Assembly: GCA_038087875.1 (NCBI GenBank)
Contig: CM076000.1
Span: 1,736,001 to 1,800,000, forward strand
Length of the DNA: 64,000 nt
From: Malacoraja senta
Lineage: Eukaryota
Reading direction: 5' to 3'
Shown here piece by piece: positions 1 to 12,100 of this stretch. Numbering within the stretch: position 1 is the stretch's first letter; each line of letters begins with the position of its first letter. Under the pieces are notes generated by a model. That model worked only from the letters and a program-made list of their open reading frames with translations. It made no database searches and was not told where the DNA came from. Both the position numbers and the translations under genes were made by a program.

Positions 1-2258
1 CAAAAATTTAATATGGGAGAGAATTTTATTGCATGGGTGAAATTATTATATGATAAACCGATGGCAAGAATATTAACTAACAGCATGTTATCTCAAAAAT
101 TTCAATTATCAAGGGGTAATAGGCAGGGATGTGCTTTATCACCCCTGCTATTTGCCCTTATGATAGAACCTCTGGCTGAATGTATAAGAAGCCATCCGAA
201 TATTCAGGGTTATAATACTAGGGACTCAAATAATAAAATTTCATTGTATGCAGATGATATTTTGTTATATATAACAAATTCACAAATGAGCATACCAAAT
301 TTATTAAATTTAATAGAGGAATTTGGGTCCTTTTCTGGATATAGAATAAACTGGAACAAAAGTGAAATCATGACGTTAAAACCTCAAGAATCCACACACT
401 TATTGAAATTCCCCTTTAAAATAGCAACAGAAAAATTCAAATATTTGGGTATTCAGATTACTAGAAAACATAAAGCTTTATTCAATGCCAATTTTATACC
501 CTTAATAAATAAACTTAATATAATGATAAAATTTTGGAAAACACTCCCTTTATCATTAATAGGCAGAATAAATGCTATTAAAATGAGCTTCCTACCACAG
601 TTATTATACCTATTTCAATCTATACCAGTATATGTACCAAAATATTTTTTTTCTAAACTGAACGCTAATATTACTAATTTTGTTTGGGATTATAAATCAC
701 ATAGAATTAAAAAAGAACACTTATGTAAACCAAAAGATGTCGGGGGACTTTCACTCCCAAATTTTTTGTATTACTATTGGGCAATACATATTAAGAATAT
801 AATTTACTGGTTGGATAGTTCAACTCAACAGACAGAATGGATAAAAATGGAGAAAGAGGATTGTTATCCTTGTAATATAGAACAATCCTCTTCTCCCCGA
901 AAAAAATGAACAATACAATATATAAGAAAAACCCAATTATACAAGATACAATAAGAATATGGAAACAAATAAAATTATCCTTAAAATTAAGAAACCTATC
1001 ATTGTTAACACCGATAGCGAATAATCCTTTATTTAAACCATCTATGATGGATAAAATATATAATCAATGGGAAAGTTTAGGAATTAAAAGGATCGGGGAC
1101 ATGTATGAAATGGGAGATTTATTATCATTTCAACAATTACAATTAAAATTTAAACTGAAAAACACTCATTATTTTAAATATTTTCAGATTTGTAATTTTT
1201 TGAAGACATACATACAGGGATATCAAAAAATAACTCCTGATTTACTAGAAGAAGTAATGAATATAAAAGCTGATACACAAAAATTAATATCATATTTATA
1301 TAATAGTATCTTAAATATAGATTTACCTGTGACCGAGGTAATTAGAGAAGAGTGGGAACGGGAATTATTGATAAAAATTACGAAGGCTACATGGGAAAAG
1401 TATTTGACATACATTCACAAGTGTTCGATTAACGCAAGACATAATCTAATCCAATTTAAAATTTTACATAGATTATATTACTCAAAAACAAGATTAAATA
1501 AATTTTATCCAAATATATCGCCCATTTGCGATAAATGTTTAACCCAAGACGCAACTAGCACACACTCTTTTGTTTCTTGTATAAAACTTCATGGATTTTG
1601 GAGTGATATTTTCGAAATATTTACAAAACTATTTAAGACAAAAATGGAACCCAATAATGAATTGATTATATTTGGGGTAATGGAAGACGGGAACAAATTG
1701 AGCTCATCTCAAAAGTCAATTTTTAATTATGGTTTAATAATAGCAAAAAAATTAATATTGAAATTTTGGAAAAATACACCAATACCAACGCTCAAAATGT
1801 GGATTGCAAGTATGTTGGATACCGCACATCTTGAGGAAATGCGATTCCTACTAATAGATAAATTTGACCAATTCATAACGAGTTGGTCTCCATTTGTCGT
1901 CTTTTTGGAAACATATGTTGCAAAACAGGTGTAAAAGCTAATCCGTGACTGCGGATGGTCAAGATTATAAATGATCTCCTTCTATTTTCTTTTCTTCTCT
2001 TCTCTTCTTTTATTCTCTTTCTTCTATTTTCTATGTCTCAACTTTCTTTTTTCATTCTTTATTTTTCTTTTTCACACACTATATATCTCACATTTTTCTA
2101 TTTTTCATTATCTAACTTTATTCTTTTTCTTCTTTATTACAAAAAATTAAAAAAATAAGAAGCTGTACATAAAAGGCATTATGAAAATATGATTGTATAC
2201 AATTGTACTTACTTCTAATAAAATAAAAATATTAAAAAAAATAAAATTTAAAAAAAAA
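1..2258 (+). mobile_element. L1-clade LINE, 3' part (RT C-terminus, CCHC, 3'UTR, polyA); 5' end outside window
   Basis: ORFs 13..909 (RQGCALSP, LYADD) and 906..1934 (CDKC..H...C) are consecutive ORF2 pieces joined by one frameshift. T-rich 3'UTR, AATAAA and A-tail at ~2218-2258. Confidence 0.95.
13..1934 (+). pseudogene. L1 ORF2 fragment with frameshift near 880-906
   Basis: Colinear with the intact ORF2 at 9175-12966; the frame change falls in the segment matching 'GAIILSP'. Confidence 0.9.
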
Positions 2259-2420
2259 GTACATGGATAGGAAAGGTTTATGGTATTCATGGTGCATGGA
2301 TAGGAAAGGTTTACAGGGATATAGGCCAAACATGGGCAGGTGGAACTAGTGTAGATGGGGCATGTTGGTCAGCATGGGCGTTGGGCCAAAGGGCCTGTTT
2401 CCATGCTCTATGACTATGAT
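2259..2420 (+). mobile_element. CR1-type LINE 3' end next to the L1 tail
   Basis: CATGGATAGGAAAGGTTTA (duplicated)...GGGCCAAAGGGCCTGTTTCCATGCTCTATGACTATGA, matching the CR1 tails at 52220-52360 and 40360-40480. Confidence 0.75.
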
Positions 2421-2839
2421 TCATAACTTTGCAATTTTTTAAATTACATTACAGTGACCATAACCACATTTTACATATTTAGTCATTTTTTAATTATTCT
2501 TTTTAAACCGTACTTAAATGTCCCTGATGATCAGACATATTTAAAAAGAGTGGACATGTTTTTGACTGCTGCAGAACAGAGGCCTCCAGTACAGCTGAGT
2601 CTGGGAGTGTGGGCAGCGAGTCAGTTTGAACACAAATGTCAGAATTCCACCTGAAGGTTACAAGACAAATTTCCATAATCACCTTTTTTACTTGGGAACA
2701 TTACTACCATTTCAGCAACAAGGCTTCATGAGAACAGAAGCTGTTTCACATCAGACAAAACAATAACTTCCATGAATAGACCATGCATGGCATTTGCAGA
2801 AGTAGATAAGGAGATATACTTTAAAATGTAGGCTTTACT

Positions 2840-3356
2840 GGATGGCACAGTGATGCAGCTGGTAGAGCTGCCACCTCACAGCGCCAGAGACCCGAGTTCG
2901 ATCCTGACCTCGGATGCTGTCTGTGTAGAGTTTAGTTTAGTATGGAGATATACTGTAACATGGAAACATGCCCTTCGGCCCATTTGAGTCCACACCGACC
3001 ATTGATGAATTCACACTAATTCTGTTATCCCACTTTCTCATCCACTCCCTATTCACTCGGGGCAATTTACAGAGGCTAATTAAGCTACAAACCTGCACGT
3101 CTTTGGGATGTGGGAGGAAACCCACAAGGTCATGGGGAAAACACGCAAGCTCCACACAGACAGCAGCCGAGGTCAGGATCGGACCTGGGACTCTGGGTTT
3201 GTAAGTTAATTGACATCTGTAAATTGCCCCTAGTGGGTAGGAGGTGGATGAGAAAGTGGGATAACGTAGAACTAGTGTGAATGGGTGATCAATGGCTGAC
3301 CCGGACTCAGTGGGCCATAGGGTCTGTTTCCTTGCTGTATCGCTAAAGTAAACTAT
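2840..3356. mobile_element. HE1-like tRNA-SINE (+) interrupted by an inverted copy (-, ~2932-3197)
   Basis: Head GGCACAGTGATGCAGCTGG...GTTCGATCC (A/B boxes) at 2840-2930; inverted body; + strand tail resumes ~3197 and ends CTAAAGTAAACTA. Confidence 0.75.
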
Positions 3357-3897
3357 TGAAAAAGAAAGCCATTCACATTTGGGCATGGAGAATGAAACAT
3401 CACGGTCTGTATTAATGTGTGAACAGACTCCGAGGCATGTTGCAGAAATTTAAAGCAAAGATGGCTTTTCACTTCATCGTGCCTGTGTAGCACGATTCAA
3501 AGCTAATCTTCTTGTTTAGGTAGGTATGTTACAAAACTTTCCTTCAGCGGCGCTGCAGTTCTGTCACTGCCCGTGTGCGCGACTTTGGCGCCTTTGAGAG
3601 GGGGGCGGGTTTAAAATGCGGTATTTCTCCAGACTATTCAAATCGATTTTGAAAAGGCTGTTTAGAAGCTGAAGAAAAATCGCTTCGACATCGGTTTTAT
3701 TAAATTTATTTTAAACTGGACAGGATAATTTCATAACAGGAGTAAATGAAAAAGCATCTTCTAAAGCCGTCAAAGCCGACAACGGGACGGATTTCACGCA
3801 CGGGACAAGGCAAGGTACACCGTTTATTTTTTCATATAAACTAGCTTCTTAGGATGCCTTTAATAAAAATTTCAATTTGCGAAAATGTGATTATTTA

Positions 3898-5514
3898 CAG
3901 TGGCTTGCAAAAGTATTCATACCCCTTGAACTTTTCCACATTTTGTCACGTTACAACCACAAACGTAAATGTATTTTATTGGGATTTTATGTGATAGACC
4001 AACACAAAGTGGCGCATAATTGTGAAGTGGAAGGAAAATGATACATGGTTTTCAAATTATTTTACAAATAAAAAACTGAAAAGTGTCGCGTGCAAAAGTA
4101 TTCAGCCCCTTTTACTCTGATACCCCTAAATAAAATCCAGTGCAACCAATTGCCTTCAGAAGTCACCTAATTAGTAAATAGAGTCCACTTGTGTGTAATC
4201 TAATCTCAGTATAAATACAGCTGTTCTGTGAAGGCCTCAGAGGTTTGTTAGAATACATTAGTGAACAAACAGCATCATGAAGCCCAAGGAACACACCAGA
4301 CAGGTCAGGGATAAAGTTGTGGAGAAGTTTAAAGCAGGGTTAGGTTATAAAAAAAGATCCCAAGCTTTGAACATCTCACGGAGCACTGTTCAATCCATCA
4401 TCCGAAAATGGAAAGAGTATGGCACAACTGCAAACTTAACAAGACATGGCCGTCCACCTAAACTGACAAGCCGGGCAAGGAGAGCATTGATCAGAGAAGC
4501 AGCCAAGAGGCCGATGGTAACTCTGGAGGAGCTGCAGAGATCCACAGCTCAGGTGGGAGAATCTGTCCACAGGACAACTATTAGTCCTGCACTCCACAAA
4601 TCGGGCCTTTATGGAAGAGTGGCAAGAAGAAAGCCATTGTTGAAAAAAACCCATAAGAAGTCCCGTTTGCAGTTTGCCACAAGCCATGTGGGGGACACAG
4701 CAAACATGTGGAGGAAGGTGCTCTGGTCAGATGAGACCAAAATTGAAGTTTTTGGCCTAAATGCAAAACGCTATGTGTAGTGGAAACCTAACACTGCACA
4801 TCACCCTGAACACACCATCCCCACTGTGAAACATGGTGGTGGCAGCATCATGCTGTGGGGATGCTTTTCTTCAGCACGGACAGGGAAGCTGGTCAGAGTT
4901 GATGGGAAGATGAATGGAGCCAAGTACAGGGCAATCTTGGAAGAAAACCTGTTAGAGTCTGCAAAAGACTTGAGACTGGGGCGGAGGTTCACCTTCCAGC
5001 AGGACAACGACCCTAAACATACAGCCAGAGCTACAATGGAATGGTTTAGATCAAAGCATATTCATGTGTTAGAATGGCCCAGTCAAAGTCCAGACCTAAA
5101 TCCAATTGAGAATCTCTGGCAAGACTTGAAAATTGCTGTTCACAGACGCTCTCCATCCAATCTGACTGAGCTTGAGCTATTTTGCAAAGAAGAATGGGCA
5201 AAAATTTCAGTCTCTAGATGTGCAAAGCTGGTAGAGACATACCCCAAAAGACTTGCAGCTGTAATTGCAGCGAAAGGTGGTTCTACAAAGTATTGACTCA
5301 GGGGGGCTGAATACTTTTGCACGCGACACTTTTCAGTTTTTTATTTGTAAAAAAATTTGAAAATCATGTATCATTTTCCTTCCACTTCACAATTATGCAC
5401 CACTTTGTGTTGGTCTATCACATACAATCCCAATAAAATACATTTACGTTTGTGGTTGTAACGTGACAAAATGTGGAAAAGTTCAAGGGGTATGAAAACT
5501 TTTGCAAGCCACTG
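3898..5514 (+). mobile_element. Tc1/mariner DD34E transposon (Passport-like), copy 1
   Basis: TA TSD at 3896-97 and 5515-16; ~210-bp IR/DR-type TIRs starting CAGTGGCTTGCAAAAGTATTCATACCCC; internal transposase. Confidence 0.97.
4277..5296 (+). pseudogene. Tc1 transposase with a single nonsense codon (TGG>TAG at 4778-4780)
   Basis: ORFs 4277..4780 and 4826..5296 are in the same frame. Motifs [27 protein letters not shown]; 34 residues between the second D and the E. Confidence 0.95.
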
Positions 5515-6767
5515 TAAATATACCAACCGGCAGTATTTTTCCTGCCGATATTGGGGTTTAATTCAGTGCAAATGCAACGTTCCAAACCAGCGCGTTCCAC
5601 AAAATCCCACTCGCAAGGTGATTTAAATGGCCATTAATTTACAGGAATTAAACACTAAATTCCTTCCATTTGGCCTATATATTCATGACAATGAGATTTA
5701 AAAATCATGTCATATTGTGAATTCTTGTGTGAATGTTATTTGGACACAGGCTTTTTAATAATGTTAACCTTTTCTTAAGAAATTGATAGATGTTTAGATC
5801 TAGTAATTGAATTTTGTAATTAGCTACAATTTGGTAACTAACTAATTATATGCTTTAATTTCAGGTCATCCAAGTAACATTGTTTCATATTTGTTTCAGA
5901 ATGCTTCAATCTATAATAACTGAAAATTTCATTCAGTTCTCTTAATTTTTAAGAAAGTTATGGGCTTTTGACTGTCCTTGATCACTGCTTTTTTGTTAAG
6001 TCAATGGAAAAGCAATAGGGAACAAGATGCTAATTTCCGAATATGAAAATGGCCATAACATTTTTAATACTGAAGATATGAAAGTGAATTAAGTGTCAAA
6101 TTAAACTTCTTTTTAAGCTTTATTTGATGGGATAAATTGCAGACTAGATTTTTAAAATCTCAAAATGTTGTAACATTGCTAGTTTAGGGAGGCACAGTGG
6201 TGCAGTGGTAAAGCTGCTGCCTTAAGGCCGTGTCTTACCTGTTTGCGGTCATCGGCGGTGAAGCGCGGCGTCGCTGGTAGCTAGGACCGCGCGGCAACGG
6301 CGAGAGCGTCGAGCCTATCCACCGGAGCGCCGCACGGATGTTGCGCGGGGGCCGAGTTAATTCAAACACGGCGGGTCCCACGTGCTTGCGGTAAGTAAAA
6401 AAAGGGCGGGCCGACTGCGATGACGTCGGCCCCCCGCACGTGACTCACCAGCGGCGGCTGTGGCGGCGGCCATCCTGATCGCGGCGCTGTAGCGATGGCT
6501 GTGCCTGTGGCCGCGCAGCACACGTGCCTCTCTGGCGGCGGCACGTGCGTCACTGGCGGAGGCTGTGGCAGAGGAGGTTTGACGCACGGCGCTCGACCCA
6601 CACTGGCGGCGGCCCGTGCGAGCGGCCGTGCGCACTCGTGCATCACTGGTGGAGGTTGTGCGGTGAGTATAGAGTTTTCGACATTGTCGATTTTATTTTT
6701 GCACCGCGCGGTGTTGGGAACACCGTCACACGGCCCGGGAATTGTTCTTTCTCATGAGTGCGCGGTC

Positions 6768-6959
6768 GACTTCCGGTTGCGACATGCTCTGCTAGCAGTC
6801 GCAAACTTTTTAGCTCCGCTGAAAAAATCGCGATTTTTCGCGTTAAAATCGGGTCTGGAGGTCGGGACCGTTTTTAAAAACTTACCGGAGCTTCATGTCG
6901 CGGTGCTGATGACGTCATCAGTAAGCGCCGCGATTTTAACGGAGGGAAAGTCATTTTAA
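6768..6959 (+). promoter_or_regulatory. L1 5'UTR, putative internal promoter
   Basis: CpG-rich; ETS-like ACTTCCGG at 6769-6776; perfect 16-bp palindrome CTGATGACGTCATCAG (6906-6921) containing the CRE TGACGTCA. Confidence 0.55.
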
Positions 6960-7955
6960 ATGAAAAGTACATCTCCAGGTCAGAGCCCACAGAGGAAAAT
7001 CTCAAAACATCTGCTGAAGACTCTGGAACAGCAAGAAACTTCAGAACTGACCTCTGGAGAGGTCTCTGCAATGGCTACTCGATCTGCAAAAGAGAAAACC
7101 GAAATGGAGGACTTAAGAAACTCGGTAAGAGATATCAAAAAGGATATGGAAGCTGGGAACAGTAAATTGATAGCCGGTAATGATAAAATACTTGAGGGTA
7201 TTGATGGTCTCCAAAAAAGAATTGAAGGTGTGGAAAAAGGACTATCGATAAAAATTGAAAAGGTGGTAGAAGAGACCACAAAGATGTTTGAGGCTGTGCA
7301 CGAAACTGTGGCTGCAAATGCATCTGCAGTGAAAGATTTGGAAGCTGCTGTGGAAGTGATGGCTGGAGAGATGCAGACTATGAAGTCAGAAATAGATAGT
7401 CTCAAGAACCAAGTCACAAAGGTTTCGAATAAATGTGTTGACCTAGAAGCTCGCTCAAGACGTCAAAATATAAGAATACGTGGTGTAAAAGAGGGAGCTG
7501 AGGGGGACAATGTTTGTGAGTTCGCTGCCAACCTAATTAAACACGTACTGAAGCTACCAGAACTACCTGTAATTGAAGTAGCACATCGACTCCCCAGATT
7601 TAAATCAAGATCTCAAGGAGAACGTGCCTACCCACGACAGATCATAATTAAACTTCGGGATATCTCAACAATGGAAGCGCTGATGAAAAAAATCAACCAC
7701 GGAGAGAAGATGATGTACAGAGGTGATACTATTAAACTCCTACGGGACTACCCTTATGAGATTGAGCAAAAGAGAAGAAAGTTCTCACAGACCAGAGAAG
7801 TTCTTTATGGTGTTAAGGGAGTTTTGTGTGGAGTGTTTTACCCGGCTAGAATGCGTATCACCTTTGAGGGAGTGTCAAAAACATTCACTAATTCGGATGA
7901 ATCTCTCAAATACGCTCAAGAAATCGCGACTAAGGCTGCATCAACTGGAGACTGA
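6960..7955 (+). CDS. L1 ORF1p (coiled coil + RRM + CTD), 331 aa
   Basis: Heptad-rich N-terminal half, then DLEARSRRQNIRIRGVKEG, AHR, PRQIIIKL, YPARMRIT motifs typical of L1 ORF1. Confidence 0.95.
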   Translation: MKSTSPGQSPQRKISKHLLKTLEQQETSELTSGEVSAMATRSAKEKTEMEDLRNSVRDIKKDMEAGNSKLIAGNDKILEGIDGLQKRIEGVEKGLSIKIEKVVEETTKMFEAVHETVAANASAVKDLEAAVEVMAGEMQTMKSEIDSLKNQVTKVSNKCVDLEARSRRQNIRIRGVKEGAEGDNVCEFAANLIKHVLKLPELPVIEVAHRLPRFKSRSQGERAYPRQIIIKLRDISTMEALMKKINHGEKMMYRGDTIKLLRDYPYEIEQKRRKFSQTREVLYGVKGVLCGVFYPARMRITFEGVSKTFTNSDESLKYAQEIATKAASTGD

Positions 7956-8237
7956 AAACCAAGACGACATGAACAAATGAACTTGCTTATTCTTCCAACA
8001 AGAATATTACAAGGAAAGTGAATTAACTGAACACTGATTTTTTATTTTTTATTTGACTTCAAGCAACAGATTCTTAGTGAGACGTGGCTAGACATTATTA
8101 TCTTCGCTGGAACATTGTGCTATGTAATTCAAGGACACTACGTGCTCAAACGAGGAAAACCTGATAACGGGACGAACTGCTGGGCTGAGAGTGAAAAACA
8201 TCACATGGCTTATATTGTTTATAAAAAACTGAAAAAA

Positions 8238-8830
8238 CTGAGAACTAATAATAATTAACAATTAACAATACTAATATAGAAATAGCAATTGAAATAGATA
8301 AAAAATGTGCAGTCTGCTCTGTTTAGCAGATAACAGCAAGTGCTATGCAGCTCGAGAGTGGAGGGAGGGGGAGACCGGGTACCTGGCATAACTCCAGGAG
8401 CCGGACTCCCGTTAACCCTTCCAGCGAACAGCTCATTTTTAACAATATTAAAATCAATTTAAAATAGTTAAGAGATAATATACACTCGAGGTTGATATGA
8501 AAAATATATACGGCTTATATAGTTTTACAAAATGCTGAGAATTAATCATAATTAATAATTAACAATACTAATATAGAAATAATATTTGAAACTGATAAAA
8601 CTGTGGTGCCTGCGTCATAACGCAGACAGCAGTTATCACCTATGTTCGCAGCTCGTGGAGAGGAGAAGAGATCAGGCACCTGGCACAATTCCAGGAACCT
8701 GACTCCGGTTAATCCACTCAGTAAACCGCTCACTTTAACAATACTAAATTCATTTTAAAATAGTTAAGAGATAAAGAGTGAGTAGGATATGGAATCGAAT
8801 ACATTTGACATATATATAAATTGTAACTGG
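8238..8830 (+). repeat. Diverged ~297-bp tandem duplication in the L1 inter-ORF spacer
   Basis: Units begin CTGAGAA at 8238 and 8535; shared blocks ATTAACAATACTAATATAGAAATA, ACCTGGCA..TCCAGGA, AAAATAGTTAAGAGATAA. Confidence 0.85.
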
Positions 8831-9174
8831 GTGAAATAGAACTGAATTGGAAACGGTAATGACCCCATAGATTTTGGGTAAGAAATACAGCGGGGCTAAC
8901 TTTATACCAACTACGCCGGAAGCGTTATGGATGTCGTACCCCACAGACGAGTGGGCCACTCACTACGGTGTTGAAATTTTAGACACCGTAAATTTATTTG
9001 ATTTATATATATATTTTTTTTTAATCACAATATGTCACATCTGTGTGTTTTTTCTTCAAGGACAATCGCGCAGGAGAACTACCAAGGAAGTCTATAATAG
9101 AAATACTCCCAAAATAACCAGAGTCCGGAGGTATGAACGCACCACAATAATTAAGGTCATTAAAATTGGTAAAA

Positions 9175-12100
9175 ATGCATGACGACAATCAAAAGAAAAT
9201 AGGAGGAATCACATTATGTAGTTGGAATATAAGGGGGATTAATGAACCTATTAAAAGGGGCAAGATACTAGCTCAGTTGAAATCATACAACACGGACATA
9301 GCGTTTCTACAGGAAACACATCTTAAACAGCAAGATCAGACAAGACTGAGGGCGAACTGGATAGGCCAAACATTTCACTCTTCATTTACCTCTAAATCTA
9401 GAGGTACTGCAATTATTATTCGTAAAGGAATTCCATTTAAATCAAAGAACACTATTTTAGATAAGGAAGGGAGATATCTTATAGTAGCAGGGGAGATCAA
9501 TAATATGCCAATCACGCTGGTAAACATATATGCGCCCAACTTTGATAACCCTCAATTTTTTAATAAAATTCTGAATATAATTGCAGAATCTAATTATCAA
9601 AATGTTATAATCGGAGGAGATTTTAATTGTGTTTTAGATCCTTATTTAGATAAATCGATGCAAAAACAAAAAGGTCAGACGAAATCTAAAACCAGTGAAC
9701 TCTTACACACATATATGGAAAACACAAATATAACAGATGTATGGAGGATTGCAAACCCGACGGGAAGGGATTACTCGTTTTATTCAATGGTGCATAAAAC
9801 ATATTCACGGATAAACTATTTTCTAGTGGATACAAAATTAATCTCGCAATCTTTGAATCCTAAATATCATATTAATGCGATCTCAGATCATTCTCCGTTA
9901 ACTTTTGTTCTAAAACTAGAAGGAATGTCTATGAATAAACCGTTCTGGAGGTTTAACTCACAAATTTTAAAAGACCCTCAAGGGAGTATCTATCTAAAAA
10001 AACAGATGGATCTATTTTTTGAGTTAAATGATACACCAGAGATATCCCCCACGTTATTATGGGAATCCTTCAAAGCATTTATAAGAGGAGTCATTATTTC
10101 ATTTCAAGCTTATCAAAATAAAAAGAATAAGAATGAACAAAGACACTTAGAAGATCAAATAAAACAGTTAGATATAGATAATGCTAAAGACCCAACTATG
10201 GATAAACATAATAAAATACTACTACTGAAATTTCAGTTAAATAAATTACTGTCAGAGAAAGTTATAACATTATTTCAAATCACAAAACAAGAACACTTCG
10301 AATTCGGGGACAAACCCCACAAACTTCTAGCACGACAACTTAAAAAACGGGAAAAAGAGAATGCAATATTAAAGATTAAATCAGATAGAGGGGAAGTATT
10401 AACACTACCCAAGGATATTAATAAAAGATTTGCTCAATTTTACCAGAATCTATACACATCTAAAACGTCAATAGACAATAATAAAATCTCAGAATTTTTA
10501 GATAATTGTAATCTACCACAATTAGAACGCAGGGAACAAGAGGAACTGGGAGCACAAATTACTTCTAAGGAGATAGAAGACACAATAAAAACACTAAAAA
10601 ATGGAAAAACACCAGGACCAGACGGATTCAGTAATGAATTTTATAAATCTTTTTATGATATAGTTACTCCACGATTACAAAAAATGTATACATATGCTTA
10701 TAAAGAGCAAAACCTACCTGAAACACTAGCGGAATCAACGATCATATTAATACTTAAAAAAGATAAAAATATAGAAGAACCAGGATCATATAGAGCTATT
10801 GCTTTGTTAAATACGGATCAGAAAATAATAGCAAAAACATTAGCCAATAGATTAAGCAAGTATGTTAGTAGACTAATACATGAGGATCAAACAGGATTTA
10901 TACCTAAGAGACACTCATTTAATAATTTGAGACGTTTGCTTAACATAATGCATTCACATAAATCTTATGACCAAGAGTTAGCTATCATCTCACTGGACGC
11001 AGAAAAAGCGTTTGATCAAGTAGAATGGGACTATATGATCAAAGTATTGCAAAAATTCCAATTGGGAGAAAACTTTATTGCATGGATAAAACTACTATAT
11101 AACAAACCTACGGCTAGAATACTAACTAATAATATATTATCTTCAAAATTCGAATTATCTAGGGGCAACAGACAAGGATGTTCACTATCACCGCTGTTAT
11201 TTGCTTTGGTAATTGAACCCCTGGCTGAAAAAATAAGAACACACTCGAATATTCACGGTTATAACACAAAATATTCAAACAACAAACTATCCCTATATGC
11301 TGATGATGTACTACTGTACATCACAAAACCACAAATTAGTATACCAAATATATTAAACTTAATTGAGGACTTTGGATCCTTTTCAGGATATAGAATAAAT
11401 TGGAACAAAAGTGAAATTATGTCGATTAAACCAAAAGATTCAACACATCTCAGGAAATTCCCTTTTAAAATAGCTATGGAAAAATTCAAATATTTAGGAA
11501 TTGAGATTACTAGAAATTACCATGATATGTTTAAAGCTAATTATAATCCCCTACTTAAGAAATTAAATAATCTGATTAAATTTTGGAAAACACTTCCGAT
11601 GTCCTTAATAGGTAGGATAAATGCTATAAAAATGATTTTCTTACCACAAATCCTTTACCTATTTCAATCAATACCTATATATCTCCCAAAAAAGTTTTTC
11701 AAAAAACTGGACTCAGACATTACAAATTTTATATGGGATTACAAATCCCACAGAATACAAAGAACACACCTTAACAAACGAAAAGAGTTGGGGGGTCTAG
11801 CGCTCCCTAACTTTATGTATTATAACTGGGCAGTAAATATTAAAAATATGATTCACCTGCTGGACAATTCTGCCCAGCAGGTGGACTGGATTATAATGGA
11901 AAAAGGGGATTGCTCCCCGAATAATATAGGAGCGATTATTCTCTCTCCAATAAACTTGAATAATAAAAATTATAATAAAAATCCAATTATATATAGCACT
12001 ATTAGAACATGGAAGCAAATAAAACAGAATCTAAAATTAAGAAACCTATCTCTCTTAATACCAATAGTCAATAACCCATCGTTTAAACCTTCAATCATAG

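Larger units (their letters stand above)
3521..6181. mobile_element. Non-autonomous TIR DNA transposon (hAT-like termini), ~1.04 kb, hosting a Tc1
   Basis: Imperfect TIRs: left TAGGTATGTTACAAAACTTT, reverse complement of right TAGCAATGTTACAACATTTT. Flanking direct repeat GTTTAGG at 3514-3520 and 6182-6188. Confidence 0.7.

Noticed and set aside
6640..6720. Minus-strand peptide RCKNKIDNV resembling a Harbinger Myb/SANT helix
   Set aside because: Too short, and the flanking residues lack the conserved Trp pattern.
8874..9182. 102-aa ORF overlapping the ORF2 start as a third L1 gene
   Set aside because: TTG start, no recognisable motif, crosses a low-complexity T/A tract; cannot be supported without conservation data.
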